Below are positions 61,300 to 64,000 of a DNA stretch of 64,000 bases, in pieces. The stretch comes from the human T2T-CHM13v2.0 reference genome, Homo sapiens. The DNA is taken from the NCBI RefSeq assembly GCF_009914755.1, contig NC_060931.1; one strand, given 5' to 3'. A model generated the notes under the pieces. That model saw only the letters and a list, made by a program, of their open reading frames with translations, had not been told where the DNA came from and did no database searches. The stretch's first letter is position 1. Each line of letters opens with the position of its first letter. The position numbers and the translations under genes were made by a program.

Positions 61300-62380
61300 T
61301 TTTAAAACTAAGTTTTGGGTATAGGTTGCTTTTTCATAAAAGGACAGCTGAGCACTCTCTTCTAAAAATCATTTTCTTCTTAGCTTCCATGACACCTCTC
61401 TGCTGGTTTTCTTCTATCACAAAGACCTCTTCATTTCCTTTGCTGGCTCTTCTTCCTCTGGCTGGCTTTTCTGGGGCTTCCTTCCATTGTTTACCACATA
61501 CTCTCCCAGTCACATGCTTTACATTCCACTTAAAACCAATGATGCCCAAATCTTTATATTCAGTCCTACTCTTTGACCTCAGGACGATAAGTGCCTCATT
61601 AACAGCTCTACCTGGGATGTCTCGTAGGCATATCTGAAATTAGCACAACAAAATGCTTCATTTTTCTCTCCAAATCCTCAGCCATCTTAGTAACTGGCAC
61701 TACTTATCTGTCATTTTGCTTAGGTCAAAGAATCTAAGCTATCTCTGATTCTGCTCTTTAACTCCAATGTCCGCATTCAAAGTACCAAGCAAGTCTTACC
61801 ATCTAAGTTCAAAATGTATCTCAAATCCATCCTTGCCAGTCCAACTCCATTACTATCACTGCTGTACAAACATCATTCCTCACTTGTGCCCACTTATCTC
61901 CTGTACCAAAGGATTTACAAAATGTAAAATATTTAGGTCACCTCTTTGTTTAAAACCCTCAGAACAGCTTCTTATAACATTCTGATGAAAACACACTCTG
62001 CTGTGTAATGTAAGTAAGCCTCTGCTTACTTCCTACCCTCATTGTATGGCATTCCTCTTTCCCCACCAGGCATTAAGCCACTTACCTTCTCTTAGTCCCT
62101 CAAATATATCAAGCTTATTCTCACTATAGGTCTCTAAGAGCTCTTCCCTCTGCCTAGGATATTCTTTCCTTTGATATTCACATGGTTGGCTCTTTCTTGT
62201 AAATCAGATTTCAGCTTAATTTCACTTCCTCAGCGAGGATTTCATGAGCCCGTCCCCACAGTATCTCTCTCACGTATCATATTCTTCTATCTCATACTCT
62301 TTTGTACTCTTAAGACTTAGAAAAGTGCCTGCATAGAGTTGCTTCATACATACACACTAGCTGAAAGCATGAAACAGTGA
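61300..62380. mobile_element. Degraded L2 fragment
   Basis: Pyrimidine-rich sequence with L2-like motifs. Confidence 0.55.
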
Positions 62381-63060
62381 AAGTATGCAAATACTTATTT
62401 GGTTATGTCTTAATTAATTAATCCGAACCACAGACCAAAGCTATCTTCACCCAAACTACTTTCACATTCAGAACAAACAAACAAACAAACAAAAACTTAT
62501 TTGTCATCGTAGGCTTGGAGCACATAAAATGTTATTTCTGAATCATTACTAGGGGAGCCTTCCTATCAGAGAAGGTACCTCGTTTTAAGAGTCAGGAAAA
62601 TTCTGGGAAGGGGTTACTGAAACCTACAAATGATGATGTTTTCATTTTTCTTTCACCTTTCCCTAAGAAAATGCCTTCAAAGGTCATAGCTCACATTTAT
62701 ACTGAGGGCCCCTAAATTACTTTGCTGATATTGTTGGCATTACTCTTTGAAAATAATCTCTGTTAACCATTTTCTCTTGGTTGATCTGTTTCTTGTTTGG
62801 ATACTACTTCTATTTTCCTTAATTCGCCTCTTCTTTCTCTTTTCTTCTCAATTTGCATTAATAGCAGAGTTTGGCTTTAAAAGCTATCAAAAGAATCTTT
62901 ATTAATGAGTCATTTATGTTGTCATATTATTATTTTTTCATTGCAGCTAGTGCTTGGAGAGGCTTTTTCTGTTATTACCAGATTTGGCTGATTTGGAAGT
63001 AACTATTATCAAAGATAACAGAAATCACCATACTTTGGTCTCTCGTATTTCATATTGTAG

Positions 63061-63710
<650 letters not shown>

Positions 63711-63961
63711 CTGAGCTTATATTTCTAACAGTAAAATACTGAAATGGAAACAGGACATGCTTGCTACCAGGGTATTTTTTATTTTTCCTGAACCATTTTG
63801 ACTTTCTCCTACCCATTAAGTGAAGCTGCTGAACACACCACACCTTTCCCAACAAATACTTATTTGGTCCCAGTAAATCCAATCAAGCTTTACCATGACT
63901 CATTTTATATTAAACCAAAACACCTATTCTATTGTCTGTAAAAACGTTAAGAGATACTTGC

Positions 63962-64000
63962 TGTTGCTTTTTCTCGTTCTTCACTGCTTTTCTTCTTTTT
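63962..64000 (-). CDS. FAM133B: FAM133B penultimate exon (cut by window edge)
   Basis: KKKSSEEREKAT, followed by donor ACA|gcaagt. Confidence 0.85.

Overview
Primate genomic DNA, almost certainly human 7q21.2, rich in Alu and L1 repeats. It holds PEX1 exons 1-13 (minus strand, gene continues past the left edge), a CpG-island bidirectional promoter, the complete 5-exon RBM48 gene (plus strand, 367 aa) and the last two exons plus 3' UTR of FAM133B (minus strand). The main result lies between RBM48 and FAM133B: a complete six-exon, intron-containing, disabled calaxin (EFCAB1/CLXN)-like EF-hand gene on the minus strand (34801-55825), mostly missed by the ORF track. It has six readable lesions: 2 stops, 2 one-base deletions, 1 dead donor and 1 dead acceptor. 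A perfect RFX X-box survives 110 bp upstream of its ATG, and its last exon abuts the RBM48 3' end tail-to-tail. Its intron 4 contains a nested L1>Alu>SVA stack and a MER52-like LTR. Gene identities and repeat subfamilies come from recalled sequences, not database searches; repeat boundaries are approximate.
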